In this document: positions 38,840 to 52,495 of the stretch, in pieces
How positions within the stretch are numbered: the first letter of the stretch is position 1
Layout of the letters: each line of letters starts with the position of its first letter
Source: Vicugna vicugna
Taxonomy: Eukaryota
Reading direction: 5' to 3'
DNA length: 56,154 nt
NCBI GenBank assembly: GCA_013265495.1
Contig: MU057713.1
Coordinates: 66,757 to 122,910, forward strand
Program-made: the position numbers and the translations under genes
Notes under the pieces: generated by a model
What the model was told of the DNA's origin: nothing
Databases searched by the model: none
Seen by the model: only the letters and a program-made list of their open reading frames with translations

Positions 38840-39330
38840 TACCTATGCCGCTGGGGCACTGAGGCAGGCAATCCTTTGTGTCCTAGAAACTTTCTAGAGG
38901 GGGATGTAGGCCAGAAAGATATGACTATAAATAGAGAGCAATGCTATCAACGCTAAGATACCAATGAGCATACGATCCTGTAGGACAATGAAGTGACTAT
39001 CTAACCCAGCCCACGGGAGCAAGGAACAATTTCTAGGGGAGGGGTGTTTTAGTTGCTGCCTAAGAAGGTGAGAGAAGAATCAGAATCAGTATCAGAAAAG
39101 GAGAAGGAATTAGCTAAGCGAGTTTGGAGTAGACAGGGGGTAAAGACTGCAGGTAGAAGGAGCCCCAAATACAAGCGTCTGGGGCTGAGAGAACAGATGG
39201 AGGGTCCAGGGCACTCAGGTCCTCAGAGAGGCAGGAACTCGAGACAGAAAGGAGAGCCGCAGCAGTGGAGTTAACAGAGCAAGAGTTGTGACTTGGTGTG
39301 TTGTGAAGCGGGAAGCAGTGGCATTTTTAG
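38840..39330 (-). mobile_element. LINE-2 relic
   Basis: acttacctatgccgctggggcactgagg...atctaacccagcc...; purine-rich antisense L2-like sequence. Confidence 0.5.
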
Positions 39331-40870
39331 GTTAATTCTGACTTACTATGCTTCAAGTCTATTTTTATATATGTGCCTGAAGAGCCTGAGTTCTGTATTT
39401 CAGTCCGCCTGGATATTTATATCCAGAGTGTGATAAATCAGTGATAATGTTATTTGGCATGTTTCACAACCAGTCAGTTTGAATGACAGGAGGAATCAAC
39501 CTCACATATTTTAAAACTTCTCAAGTTTACTTTGGTTAGAAGCCTGGCTGTATGAAACAGCCACCTCCGTTGTTCCTTGACAAAGCTGACTTTAATTGTA
39601 TATACATGTTAATCTGCAATATACACCCTTCAGCCACAGAGCAGACAGGTTCTGGGAATAGAAGCCTTACTAAAGACACTGGTTGAAAGACGAAAGAACA
39701 AAGAAGCCAGCTGAAGAATCTCAGGTAGAGGGCAAAATGATCTGATACCAGTTGCCAGGGAGTTATCTGTGTTTCTAAGATAACTCCCAACAGAGCTTGT
39801 TGCCTTCAATGTCTATTATACTTTGGAACATTTTCAGGCTTTCTTCTTTTCTTAAGGGGTTTTCACTCTTTGAAATATTCACGATCTCCAGTGAAACAAA
39901 AAATTTACTATTTCCATAACCAGCTTTCTAGTAAAAGCAAAGGAAAACAATGGTCTGTTTCTTTTCTACAGGATTTTAATTCGGCTTCTCCTAGAATGTC
40001 ACACCAAGACAGCGGGAAAGTGAGGATAGTCATACACAGATAGACTCTTGAGAGACCAGGAACAGGAGTCACGAGGGAAGTTTAGAATTAAAGCAAGGTC
40101 AGGCCAGCAGTCAGAAGCCAAAGATTATAGAGGTGCCAGAAATCAAGGTTAAGCAAGGTCAACCAACAGCGTGAAAGAGTCAAGATCCCAGTTACAGAAA
40201 AGATCTTACACTGGCACAAAGCCTCTTCAATTTAATTCAGCAAAGACTGAATGAATGCCCTATTCACCCAGGGCACTTTGTGTACCCATGTTTCCTGCTG
40301 GAGCAATGGTCAACTCTAGAAAGAGGTCAAGCTACAGTCTACCTGTACCAGTGGGTGAGTCCCAGTAGAGACGCGGTCCGTGAGCACTGTATCTGCCCCA
40401 GACAGCGCACAACCACAGCGAGAACAGATCCTGACAAAGGAGCTGCATTACATTATGTCAAAAGCTCTCTCCCTTTATTCGAAATTTAAATAGTCAAAAT
40501 AGGACTTCTCTTCCCAAAAGAAAGGTATTTTGTAAGAGCCCTTCTCAAACCAGCACGCTTCTTAAGGATGGGACTAATTCAAAGAGCAAGAAGGCAGAGA
40601 GTTAAAAAGCCGACTGGCTGATGAAGTGGGTATTCAAACTGGACAAGAGGTGAAAGGACAAACAGAACCCAGATAAAGTCATGATTTGAGTTCCTCACCC
40701 TCAACTTAAAGATGGGTCGACACCAGGTAAAGTTTAAGCTTTAAGTAAAGTACCAGGGGGTTACAATGGCACAGTCTTCAAAGGTGTATATTAAATAATT
40801 ACACTGAACCCCAGATCATGAATTTTCTTAGCCACCTAGAAAAGCATATAGGGACAAAAGATAGGAGATT

Positions 40871-40898
40871 AAAAAAAGAAAGAAAGAAAGAAAGAAAA
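40871..40898. repeat. (GAAA)n short tandem repeat
   Basis: aaaaaaagaaagaaagaaagaaagaaaa. Confidence 0.9.
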
Positions 40899-41931
40899 GT
40901 GCTCCAAGAGCTTCTCCCACATAGGAGAACTTGCTTTCGATGCTGAGGAGGTCAAATGGCCAATGTCAAGTTCAACTAAGTGCCCAAATTCCGAAGGCAG
41001 ATGCTATTCCAGCACAATGTGCTCCTGATTTTTTTTTTTTAATTGAACTCTGTTGTTCTTGAAAATGTCAGGTGCATGTCCTCTGAAACGTCTGACACCT
41101 TAAATTTCCAACCAACGGATTTTGCGTAAATCTGTATGACGAGTAAGTGGTCATGTGAAGACCCTGAGTTTATTCAGATTTGTGACATTTTCATAATGAG
41201 CCCATTTAAAGGGTTTTCATGTCAAATCCCAACGGCCTCAGTGCAATGCTTCCTGTAAGTCAAGTGAAGACACACACTCCAGGTCAGGAGAATTCAGGTG
41301 AGACTCAATTTTTCAAAACCCTCAAAGCACGAGGAGCCCTAAACACTTGACGATTTTCAACTTCATCAGACATGAACAATACAAAGTAGTGGCCACAGCC
41401 TGCAACGCTGGGGCAAACCAAAGGGCTATTCAGCATTGAAGCAGACGTTCTTTCTCTTTGAAATGCCCTTCACAAGTCAGATTTTAACTCAAAGCCACAG
41501 TGACTTCTCTGAGAAGTCTTCACCTGATACTGAAATACACTGGCTTCAGAGGTACTGTGTGTCTCCAGCGGATGCTGTGTCACCTGGAGGGCTGGCTGGC
41601 GAGCGGCCGCATGCACGGAGAAGCAGAGCAGGTCCACAGAGGGAAGGAGGCGCCAGAGATGCAGAGCAGAGCTGAGGGGAATCACCACGTGGGGAGACTA
41701 TGGGACTGGCTGTCTGGTCAGAGTATGTTCATTAGGTGTCTCAGGAGAATTGAGACAAACTTCAGGACAAATTTAACTCACTGAAAAGCACATGAGGAAG
41801 AAGAGGGCAATCAAGAAAGGTTATTTCAGAAGAGTCTTTTCCGTCTGTAACTACAAGTCTGAGACCCCTGAGTCAGATCAATTGTTTGCTGAATTACCCG
41901 ATGGCACCTTGTTCTTAAAACAAAGTCGGTC

Positions 41932-42763
41932 TACAATAGCTCCCTCTTGGTTTCACTTTCTGGGGCTTCAGTTACCCGAGGTCCATCAACCACGGTCCGA
42001 AAGGATTAAATGGAAAATTCCAGACACAAATGATTCATAAGCTTTAAGTTGCATGCCACTGTGAGTTGCATGAGGAAATCTCACAACGTCCTGCTCAGTC
42101 CTGCCCCGGACACGAACCATCCCTTTGCTCAGTGTATCCCATCTGTCAGGCACTTAGGAGTGACTAACAACGTCGTCAGACCAGCTGTCCTGGGATCGCA
42201 GTGCTTGTGTTCAAGCCACCTTTGTTTTACTTAATAATGACCCCAAAGCACAAGAGCAGTGATGCTGGCAGTTCACATCTGCCAAAGAAAAGCTGAAAAG
42301 TGCTTCCTTTAGAATGAACGTTCTCAACTCAGTAAGGAAAAAAAATTAAATGCCAAGGTGGCTAAGAGCCATGGTAAGAATGAATCTTCTGTCTGTGAAA
42401 TAGAGAAGAAGAAAAAAGAAATTCATGCTAGTTTTGCTGTCGCACCTCATACTGCAAAATTTAAGTCCACAGTGCATGATAAGCGCTTAATTAAGATGCA
42501 AAAGGCTTTAAATTTGTCCAATAAGACACTCAGAGAAAGGCCACACTCACATACACTTTTATCACAGTACATTATTACAATTATTCTCTTTTATTAGTTA
42601 TTGTTACTCTCTTACTATGCCTAGTTTATAAATTGAACTTTATCATAGGTATGTACACATAGGAAAAAACACAGAATATACCGGGTCTGATACAGTCCGT
42701 GGTTTCAGGCATCCACTGGGGGGGTCCTTAGAATGGATCCCCCATGGATAAGAGGGGGCTACA
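41932..42763 (+). mobile_element. MER44/Tigger7-family element with an internal transposase fragment
   Basis: cagttacccg...aaccacggtccgaaa...aaatggaaaattccaga...; end ggtttcaggcatccactggggg...ggataagagggggctac. ORF 42358-42597 (AKSHGKNESSVCEIEKKKKEIHASFAVAPHTAK...KMQKALNL) is Tigger-like. Confidence 0.92.
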
Positions 42764-45294
42764 ATCCCCTTTAGAAACTAATGGGGCTCTAGATATTGAG
42801 GAAATTATTATTTGGGAAAATCTAGAAAAGTGAGGTGACCAAACAATCACAGAAAAATCAATAGAAAAAACTCAGAATACTACGTTTCTCATTTTATTCT
42901 GTTTCAAATAATCCATAATTAGAGTAATCTATAATACATAAAATTCTCAAAGGGTCATAAAGGTAAAAGCCTGTTTTTAAAGATTAATTGAAGAAGTTGG
43001 GGGCAGATATTAATTCTAAAGAAAAGAGGACTAAAAGAAGACAGATACCGAAAATATTTAAAGGATTATTACATACAAGGAAGAGTCACATGATGTCTCA
43101 TTACCTATTTTCAATTGGTTGTAGCAGATACTATTACTTCTAAGTTTGAAAGTAGATGCACACATACACACATAAATAGGTAAACAAATGTATAAATATA
43201 TAAAGGCACGAGATAAAACTTTCAAACAAATTTAAACAATCAGGTATTTTCAAAAACGAAGTTGGTGAACTTGTAAAGTAGCAAATTGTGGCAATATCCA
43301 AATGAGATTCCATGAGAACTCTACTTTAAACTATTTCTACATTTTAGCCAATAAAGAAATATTTTAGAAATACTTGAGCTTAAGACTGACATGGAATGGC
43401 AGGCATGTCCAGTTTGAAAAAAGACTCTGATCAAAGCGGTTTTCTGAAAAATATTTCAAGGCATTTTCAGCAAGACTGAAATCTGGTCAAGTACAGTTTC
43501 AATGTTGCAGTATTCAGAATGGACTTGTACATACAGAGTCATTTGGCAAAACAGAAGGAAAAGTTTGCTTTATTGCTACAATACTATCAAAGAAAGCAGC
43601 GTTTTCTACATATTTTCAACCAGTTATTATTTCTTTGAGATACCCAAATTTACATTACCGAGACTAAGGTCTTTATTATTTAGGTTAAAATGAATTATTT
43701 TTACAGAAACTAGGTTTTAAAGCTCATTACACCCGAAGATTTCCATTATGATCTAATTTGAAATGAAAGTAAACAGAAATAATGATTTTGTTCCACTAAA
43801 GTAAGAAGTCACTGTGCGTCACAAAAAATATCACAAAACAGTTACAGAGAGGTAACAAACTGGCTGAGAAGCAAGGCTCAAGAACAATTATCAGCCATGT
43901 GAGACTCTATTATCAGTTCACAGAAAATCAGCTTTGTCTATGAGGGGTAACCAGCTGTTTTCTCATCCCTAGATGGTATATTGTTGGCTGCCCTGAAAAT
44001 GCTCCACAAAGCAAAATTCCCTGGCAGTATCACAAAACTGAGACGTATATCCACAGTGTATATTTATATATTAATATAATACACATATCTAAAATTCAAA
44101 GAAAGCTGCTATTCTGTTGAATTCAGGACCACTGAATTCTTCTGCTCAGAAATGAGTGGAAATCATCAAGAATTAAGCATGATTAAACAGTCTGCGTGAC
44201 GTGGCAGCTGTGGGTTCCAGGAAAACAGAGAATAAACAGAAATTTCATAGAGAGAAGAAAATCAAATGATCAACTAGGAAGTTTCCAAGGCAGTCAGCTG
44301 AGTTGATATTTTAAATCTCTGGCGTCTAAGAGACTTTCAGCCTAATCATGCCTACAGCATTTGTAGTGCTGACAAAAAAGACAGGTGTTTTCTTTATTGT
44401 GACACAGGCCATTCAGTGAAATGTATTACAGTTCAAATATTTAAATTTCAATTTACATTATTCTTAATAGTTTTTACCTAGGTCCCCTGTTTACTTAGAG
44501 ACACTGTTTCTTAGGGAAAAAGAAAAACATGTGGAGTCTCCAGATATGCCCAAGGGCTTAGCCACACCCAGATCCTGGCTCCCAATACCCCAAGCCCAAA
44601 GGTTCTCATTGCCTTGCAGGACCAGGACAGGGGACACAGAGACCTTGAAACATCACATTGTGAAACACTGTGGCTCCATGATCAACCTTTGATTTGTTAA
44701 CAAAAACAGGATCTTTACCACAAAAATTTTCCCCAGGAGGAGTTGGTATCAGGGCTTTGAGAGAAGCCAGAGTTGAGACATTGGGAAAAAAAAAATCTTA
44801 AGGGATGAGATAGGTTAGTGTCTGTTGGGGAAGACTACCCATTTTCCAAAGAGAGCAGCCCAGTGCTTGGAATTACAACCCTGTTTTTAAAGCTCCCCAG
44901 CGTGTCCAGGGGGATAAGCAACCATTTGATAAGTCTCAAGTCTAAAGCCCTTTGCCACTAGCACTCATATCGACTATCCACAAATTACGGTTCTACACAA
45001 ATATGAAACATAGAACATACCATATGGGAAGAGTCCAGGGTGATCCTATTAATAGCTTGGTTGCCTAATCCCATTTTACAAGATCATAACTCCTTCACTG
45101 ACACTCCAATAGAATGGTTGTGATGAACTAATTACAGGATTCATTATATAAAATGAGCTTTTGTTCTATTTTGCATGATGGTATTAAATGTATTTCATCT
45201 ACATTGTGAAATATATTAAGAGTCCAGATTAGAAGTCCAGACCCTTCTGAAAAATGAAACTTTAGCTGTAGAACAACAAAGCCAATCTTGAAAA

Positions 45295-45462
45295 GTGGCA
45301 TTTCCAGTACTGATCAACAGTAGTATCTTAGAGCATCTTCAGAGGCGCCGTCTTTGTATGTCTGATATACCAGGTGGACCGCCTTTTCTCCTATGCTTAT
45401 TAATGTAGTGTAAATACTATTGTGGGTTGTACACCTGATATTCCTTAGCCTATTATCTTCAA
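45295..45462 (+). mobile_element. Possible Deu-domain SINE relic (AmnSINE-like)
   Basis: Collinear blocks cagtactga, gaggcgccgtcttt, caggtggac and cctgatattccttagcctattatcttcaa resemble the Deu core as I recall it. Confidence 0.45.
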
Positions 45463-46429
45463 GTTTTTAAGAAACGGGGGTCAATTTCTCTTTTGATCAA
45501 ACAGACATCTTCACCTCCAAAAGCACTTTCTGAATGGTTAGATTCCAGTTCAAAAATACCTCTGAAAGATGAGTGGGACCCATTCTAGTACTTCTACCAC
45601 GGTGGTACAGCATTTTCATTAGTGAGAAAATTTCTTGAAAGCTTATGACTTATGTGAGAATTCTGTACTCTGATAAAATAAGATCACAACCCAGAAACAA
45701 ATTCGAGTAAGAAATCCGTAAAGGATAATGCTTTTAAATGCTTCTATGATATCAAGATAAACTTGACTAGCTCTAAAGCTAGTCTTTGTTTATGTAACTT
45801 GAATATTCTTTCAACTAAAAGGAAAACTTGATTTGGAATTAAATGAGAACTCATTTTAACCTAAAGCAACTTCCGGGCCAACGGCAACTCTGAGAATGAC
45901 AGTCACATTTGATAGAGGTGTTTTGTTTCCTCCAAACACAAAGAGAGTTTAACAACTGGTAAGTTACAGCAGTGAAAGTTTTGCAGTTTCAGAATCCAAG
46001 CTGCTACTCTACACAAACTAAGGGCTGGAGTGCACCTCCCAGGGCTATGTCATCAGGGAAGTAACACTGTGACCAGAGGCTGCTGTCGTCCCTCCCTCCT
46101 TACCTCCCGCACAGAGGTCTCATTCTCCCCTTAGCTGCTTTTCAACCGTCTCCACGTCCCCTCCTGTACAAGGCCTTCACGCATCCATTATACACCAGCC
46201 ACCTCCTACTTTCACTGACCCTCTCAGGCCGACACAGATTTAGACATTTTCTAGTTATTTGGTTATTTTTTCAACGTTAAGGTGAACCTGTCTCTATCAT
46301 TTCTTCTGCTGCTGTTACTATGCACATGAGCACACGCACTGTCCTTATCTGTCTGTGAAGACGTAAGATTTTATGAAATACTCATCGTGTTCATATTTTT
46401 ATTACACAAATGGGTTTCCTTGTACTTGG

Positions 46430-46550
46430 TGAGTTCCTCGAGACCACGGTAACATAACTCATTTTAATGGTCTCTTGGTGCCTAGGTAGTGTCTGGCGTA
46501 TAATAAATGTGTAACACAATTTTGTTGAATGAATGAATAATAAATAAATT
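46430..46550 (+). mobile_element. LINE-2 3' end
   Basis: gtgcctaggtagtgtctggcgtataataaatg...ttgttgaatgaatgaataa. Confidence 0.8.
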
Positions 46551-47559
46551 AACGGGAAACTAAATGTTTGGAAAGAAAAAAGTCAATGAGAACTTGATAT
46601 TATTTCTAAAAGTTAACTGTCTTCAATATTTGATACGTATAAATTACTTTGAAGAAACTAACACACAAAATGTTTAAAAGAAATATACGTTAAGATATAT
46701 ACATTTGTATGTCAATATGATTGACCTAAAAAGATTGAAATTTCCTCAGCTTTTTAAAACGAAATCATTGACAAAGTCCATTTAACGTAAACTTTAGGAA
46801 CACATAATTGAAAAAAAAAAAAAACTGCTTCATCTATCTTTGACCCAAATGTCTCCAGGGCACTAGCATCACAGGACAGTGTTTGCTACTGCGTTTTATA
46901 ACAATGTTGGAGCAGCACATCTCTGTCAGGAAACAAGAGCAATAGAGCGATTTTACTCAAGTAACATCTGTTTTGAGATAAGACAGCTGCAGAATTACGA
47001 AATAACACGCCGGCTGTACCTACTACATGAATAACCTAATAACTTATTAAAATGGCATGCTAATGTGTTTTCTCAGTGAATCCTCTATTAGTGGGGGGCT
47101 GTCATTTTTATCTATAGTTGATTTTCACTTCTCTTTATAACTTCAATGTTTCAAATCAGGAAAAAAATGTTCAAATGATTGATTTTCTCAACATTAACTT
47201 CCCAGTGAATTAGTTATAACTTGAAAATACATTATAAAGCTGCTTGATTTTTTTTTTCTGCTAAGAGGTAACACTCAGTTTCCTCAAAATACTCCCACAG
47301 ATGCACATTTGCAGAAGCATATTAATTTCATGTATGGACAAAGAATTAAGGGGCTGATTATTATATGTATTATATCATACTTCAAAAGACCAAGAAATGT
47401 TCCCTGTATAACTTGCACTTTAATTTTATTTCCCAAGAAATGTCTTTCAAAACGATCAATAGTTATACAAGTATTATCAGTAAAACTAAAAATTTTGCAT
47501 AGAATAGAAGCTGCAATAACCTCTGGCACTTTAAAAGAAATTTCACATATATTATCATT

Positions 47560-47720
47560 TTTTATCGCTACACCAATCCAGTGCAGTAACATGAGCAACT
47601 ATTGCTCCTATTTTACAGATAAAGAAACTAAAATTTCGGCAGTAATATATTTCACTCAAGGGCATTCAGCTCAATCTCTACATTCTCCTGACTCCAAATT
47701 TTCTTCTCTTTTCACCACTC
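47560..47720 (-). mobile_element. MIR
   Basis: ctcctattttacagataaagaaactaaaatt...cactcaagggcattcagct...ctcctgactccaaatt. Confidence 0.7.
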
Positions 47721-48361
47721 TGATCAAGTAAGTATCTTAGGTACCATTTCAAATTAGTCTTCCAACCTGCTTCTCCTGCAAATGCAGTCTTCTGTCATAC
47801 TCATGGTGAACTTATAAACAGTTTGCTTGAGGAAGTAGACGTGTTCATCATGAGCGATCAGCTAAGCAGTTATTTTGTTTGGTAATTTAATATTCAGTCT
47901 TGTGTCCTGTTGATTTTATTATTATCATGACCAGACTTGAATGATTAAGTGAATGACTTCCTATTATACAGACATCTAGCACATGAGTGATACACAAATG
48001 CAACTCACAATATGAAAAAGCAGACATTAGAGAAGATATTAAATACATTTCCACTGCCCTGATAACTTACATTATTATAAAAATTATAGAACAGTATGGT
48101 TTGATGACTTGATAAGAAAGGTATTCAGAGGACCAAGACTATAAGCCTAGTGTGACTGAAAAAAAGTTAAGTACGTCAGTAGGCCATTATCTTTATAATT
48201 TGAAATCTACAAAAAAAAAAGAATAAAAAATTGTAAGATACACAAAAGAGCTTTTTTCCTCAAATACTTTGTCATATGAATGTACAAGGTTATGTCAGCT
48301 TCCCTAAGTCCCTAAGGTCTATAATATCAACATGCTATTAGGGATATTTATAAAATTTATT

Positions 48362-48700
48362 AATGAATAGATAGAACATAAGGGATTTTTAGAGCAATGA
48401 AATTATTCTATGTAGGATGATACTATAGTGGTGGCTACATGTCATTATGCATTTGTCAAAACCCATAGAATGCACAACATCAAGAGTGAACCCTAATGTA
48501 AACTATGGACTTTGGTTGATAATAATGTGCCCATGCTGGTTCATCGATTGTACCAAACATGCCACACTGATGAGGGATGTGGAGGGTAGGGGAGTATATA
48601 TGTGTGGGTGGGGAGGGCCATGTGGGAACTCTGTATTCTCTACTCAATTCTGTTGTGAACCTGCAACTGCTCTAAAAGAATAAAGTCTATTAAAAATTTT
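48362..48700 (+). mobile_element. L1MC1/2-like 3' end
   Basis: tgtcattatgcatttgtcaaaacccatagaatgcacaacatcaagagtgaaccctaatgtaaactatggactttgg...ctgctctaaaagaataaagtctattaaaaa. Confidence 0.92.
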
Positions 48701-48777
48701 TTTAAATGATTAATGAGAGGAAAAGAATAGTGCTATGAAACAGGTATCATAGTAACAAAAACCAACTGTGGGTTATG

Positions 48778-49002
48778 CACTTTCAACAAGGGTAGTACCA
48801 TCCCCCAAGGGGGTGAAAATTGTTTCATGGGAACCGTGAAAAATCTTACTCTCTTTATAAATCACAGATAGAGATACAGCACATAAAACAGATACACAGT
48901 ATATCTGTGGTATTAAAATTTTAAGGGAGTGAGAATGAATTAGGATGAAAAGTGTCTAAAAAGCTCCTGAGAGAAAAAAAAAAAAAGACAGTTGAGAAAC
49001 TG
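48778..49002. mobile_element. hAT-Charlie MER-type element
   Basis: tttcaacaagggtagtaccatcccccaagggggtgaaaattg...gttgagaaactg, with degenerate TIRs. Confidence 0.6.
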
Positions 49003-49834
49003 CCCTTGGTGAATAAGTATTAGCAAATTCTACTGAAGTGAAATAAATTGAAGATTCTTCTGACTTCCTTCAATTGTTGTTAGTGCTGAGGGTCAGTCAT
49101 AGGAATATATTCAACTAATTCTCTCCAGTAAAGTTATGCGATGCTTGCTGACAGCTGCACAGTGCCCAGGATACATGCCTGGAAAAAACTAAACATTTCC
49201 AATTAACGAACTGCTCACATTCAAAAGAGAGTAAATGCTTCATGATTTTTATCTTTTTATTAAGCATACAGCTATGCTCTATTGATAAACTTCATTCAAT
49301 ATCAAACCTATCAACACCAGAAAACGATATTCTCTTTTCTCAAAGAATAAGATTCACTCTCCCCATAGTAGACCTGTTCTGCCTTGAGTTTATTACAAAA
49401 AAAAAAAAAAAATCATGAGTGCATGAAAAGAAAAGACAGTGAAAGAATATTTCTTCATAGCCCAAATAAAGACTGTATATGAAAGCACACCAGAAATAAT
49501 ACGGAGGATTTGTCTAACTTTAAATACTCAGAATTTCCCTAATTCTATACCTTCAAGCACATGCTAAACTGAAAACAAAACCCAGTCTCTTAAAATAGAG
49601 GAAATAAAGAGAAAGATTTCTTAAATGTAATTTTAAACTATTTTTTAAAAAGTCAACGTGATACTGAATCTTGGAACACTAGACCTACCACCATTAAAAA
49701 AGGAAGAAAACACTAAGGATGCCTGCCATCACCACCAATTTCTCAAATCCTTTGAAAGCTTCTGTTCAATGTTTCGAAATATGAAATCTAAATTAAGAGC
49801 ATATCTAAAGGAATAGACGACATCGTAACTTCAT

Positions 49835-50730
49835 GGATGCCAGATACTGTGAGGAACAGGAGATGCTTGAATACTTGAATCTACCTTCACAGAGCTTACA
49901 GCTAAGTGGAAAAGCATTAACAAATAATTGTACAAACAACTCATTAAGTGCAATTGTGAGAAGAGATGTAAGGGGTGCAAGGCGCTATGTGACCGTGAAA
50001 CAGAGAAAATAACCTAGAAGGATAAGAAAAGCTTCCTGAGGAAGGTATTAGCCAGAAGGCACGGCTTGCAGTTAGCAAGATAAATAAAGCAGCAAAGTGT
50101 GAAAAGCACACAAAGGGAAATGTGGCATCAAAGTGCGCAGGGACGAGGTGGGCGTACAGCTCAGCGGTAAAGTGCGTGCTTGGCATGCATGAGGTCCTGG
50201 GTTCAATCTACTACTTACAGTAAAAAAATAATAAATAAACAGACCTCATTAAGCTCCCCTGTCCCTCTAAAAGGAAAAAGTACACAAAGCCTTCAAGAAA
50301 TTGCAAAAGAGAATGTGTCTGGATCATGTTTAGTAAGAGGGAAATTTCCTAAAGGAGAGAACAAGAGACATCACACAAGGTTCTGTCCTGTGTAAGTTGT
50401 GAACTTCATCTCAAGGGTTCTAAGCAGAGAAGTAAACTTACCAGATATTTATTTTTAGAAACTCACTTCAACAGCTGTAAGGAGACCTGACTGGAGTCTG
50501 GAAACTTTGGATGAGAAGAGAATTACCAAGGTTCAGAGAAGACAAAGGCCATGGAGATGGAGAAGAACTTCAGATATGAAAGACAATTAGGAATTAAAAC
50601 TAACAAGATTTTACAATTGATTAGATACATGTAGAGATGGCAAGAAAGGTGTCAAGGTTGATCCCAAAGACTCTGGCTTGAACAACTAGGAGGAGGTGAA
50701 GAACTAGCTGTAGGATGGGGAGATGATGTG
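49835..50730 (-). mobile_element. LINE-2 relic, host of the SINE at 50140
   Basis: gatgccagatactgtg...ctaccttcacagagcttacag...gtcaaggttgatcccaaagactctggcttgaacaactagg. Confidence 0.75.
50140..50276 (+). mobile_element. tRNA-derived camelid-type SINE (Vic-1-like), long form
   Basis: gggcgtacagctcagcggtaaagtgcgtgcttggcatgcatgaggtcctgggttcaatc plus A-rich tail. Degenerate TSD aaagtgcgca (50130-50139) / aaagtacaca (50277-50286). Confidence 0.9.
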
Positions 50731-51249
50731 AAGAAGGCCTTCTGAGCCTTCAGAATTAAACAGCAGCTGTTCCCAGAGGCCAAACAGAAAGCGAGAAAGA
50801 TGGCGGTACTCCTCCCGGCTCCACTGGGAGCAGGATTCGGAAGAAGGTGGGAATGTCTTGGGGACCCAGAGAAGAAGCCCTGCCAAGTCCAAAATCAGAC
50901 GCAGGTATCTGGTGACCATCAAAGTAGCTTCCACAGACACTGAGAAGAAAACAAGCTGGCTCTAATGGAACGAGCCATGGCCTCAGAATGTTCTACCTAC
51001 ATCCTGAGGATGGAATTCCAACAGGATACACATGAGGAGAAAAAATTCAAGACCCACTCACCCATTTGGGGACCAATAATAGAAATGGATGAGAACACAG
51101 GAAGGAAAAACGAGGCCCACAGCATGGTATTTTTAAATGTAAGGAAGATACTAGAGCATTCTACAAGCAATGCGATAGCATCATTTAAAAATACACTGCA
51201 AGAAATAAAGATAAAATTTATAAAGCTTCTGCTTCGTATATCCATATAA

Positions 51250-52490
51250 TTCAAGCAAGATGGAATTGATCAAAGCAAAGATGAAAACTGAACTACAACA
51301 ACAGACTGTGGAGGAAATTTTTGGAACATGTGAAAATAAGAGAGAGCCTAACAAGATAAGGAGGAGTGTAAGAAAACGAAAAAGAAAACAGCAAAGTTAA
51401 AACCACTACTAGTGTTCTGATTTAAGGTGGTGGGCTGAAAAAATGCATTTAAGTAGGAGGCGACACCAACAAAATTTTAGAGCCAGTTTTTTGGACTCAA
51501 GAAAGAATCTCTAGGCTGGCAGTGCAGAATCCCCAAAAGAATGGGTTACTGGCAGCATCAGATAGGTCCAGAACGGGGAAGGGGTTGAGGGCTACAATTA
51601 GAAGCATTGGTGAAAGCGTCTGAGAAGCAATTAAATCTCTAGTTACTCTCCATCATTCCATGTCATTGGGCAGCTGTCTACCTCCAACCTGGCAAAAGCT
51701 TGGGGATTTATTTTGGGGGGAGAAAGGCAGAAGTGATGTCTGGACTGGGGAACACAAGCCAGAGCAAGGACTGCAGGCACCGCACTGAATGAGTTACAGG
51801 ATGGTGACATAGGACACACCTCCTCACCCCAGCCCCTTTCACCTTTCAACTCCCTGATCGTCTCAGGCAAGAGATGAAAGGATTCTTCTTGAAAGAATCT
51901 GGCAGATCCAAGGGAAATATACTAACACTGGTAGTTCCCCAATAAAAGCCCTGCCACACCATCTTACATTAAACCTCACGTTCTACAAACCCCAGTAACA
52001 GGCTCAGAGCTTCCAGAGCAGACAGTCTGGGGTTAGGAACTATCTGAGGAAAGCTCCTAGCATGGAGGACAGAAACTAAAATAACAAAGAGGGGACAAAA
52101 TCTAAGAAGAGAGACTTTGCAAGAAGAAAACCTTTAACAATGGAGAGGCAGGGCAGGAGAACACTCAGAAAACAAAAATAGCACATAAATTAAAAGTATA
52201 AAAGAAAATATAAAATTTTGCACAGGTTTGGACAATAAAGGTGAAGAAATCTCCCACCCCCACCTCCACCCCCCAAAAAAGAGTAAAAGGGAAGAGAGAA
52301 AAATAGAAGAGTGCTGGAAAACAAGTTCAAGAGGTCAAACAGCCAAACAACAGGAGCTCCAAAAATTGAGAGAGGATGAAAAAATAAAACAGAACAAAAA
52401 GATAAGAGCATTAGTTAAATAGAAAATGAAAGTAAGGTTTTCTTTGAAAACAAAAAATCTAAGCTTGAAAAGATTTACTCAGTAATTGAG
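51250..52490 (+). mobile_element. Very old L1/HAL1 5'UTR-ORF1-like relic
   Basis: A-rich; ctggaaaacaagttcaagaggtcaaacagccaaacaacaggagctcca resembles the ORF1 motif LE.RSRRSNI.IIGVP. Boundaries uncertain. Confidence 0.4.
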
Positions 52491-52495
52491 ATAAA

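Noticed and set aside
50140..50215. tRNA-like A/B boxes as a tRNA gene (also at 38290 and 53520)
   Set aside because: A-rich tails, TSDs and multiple diverged copies identify them as SINEs.
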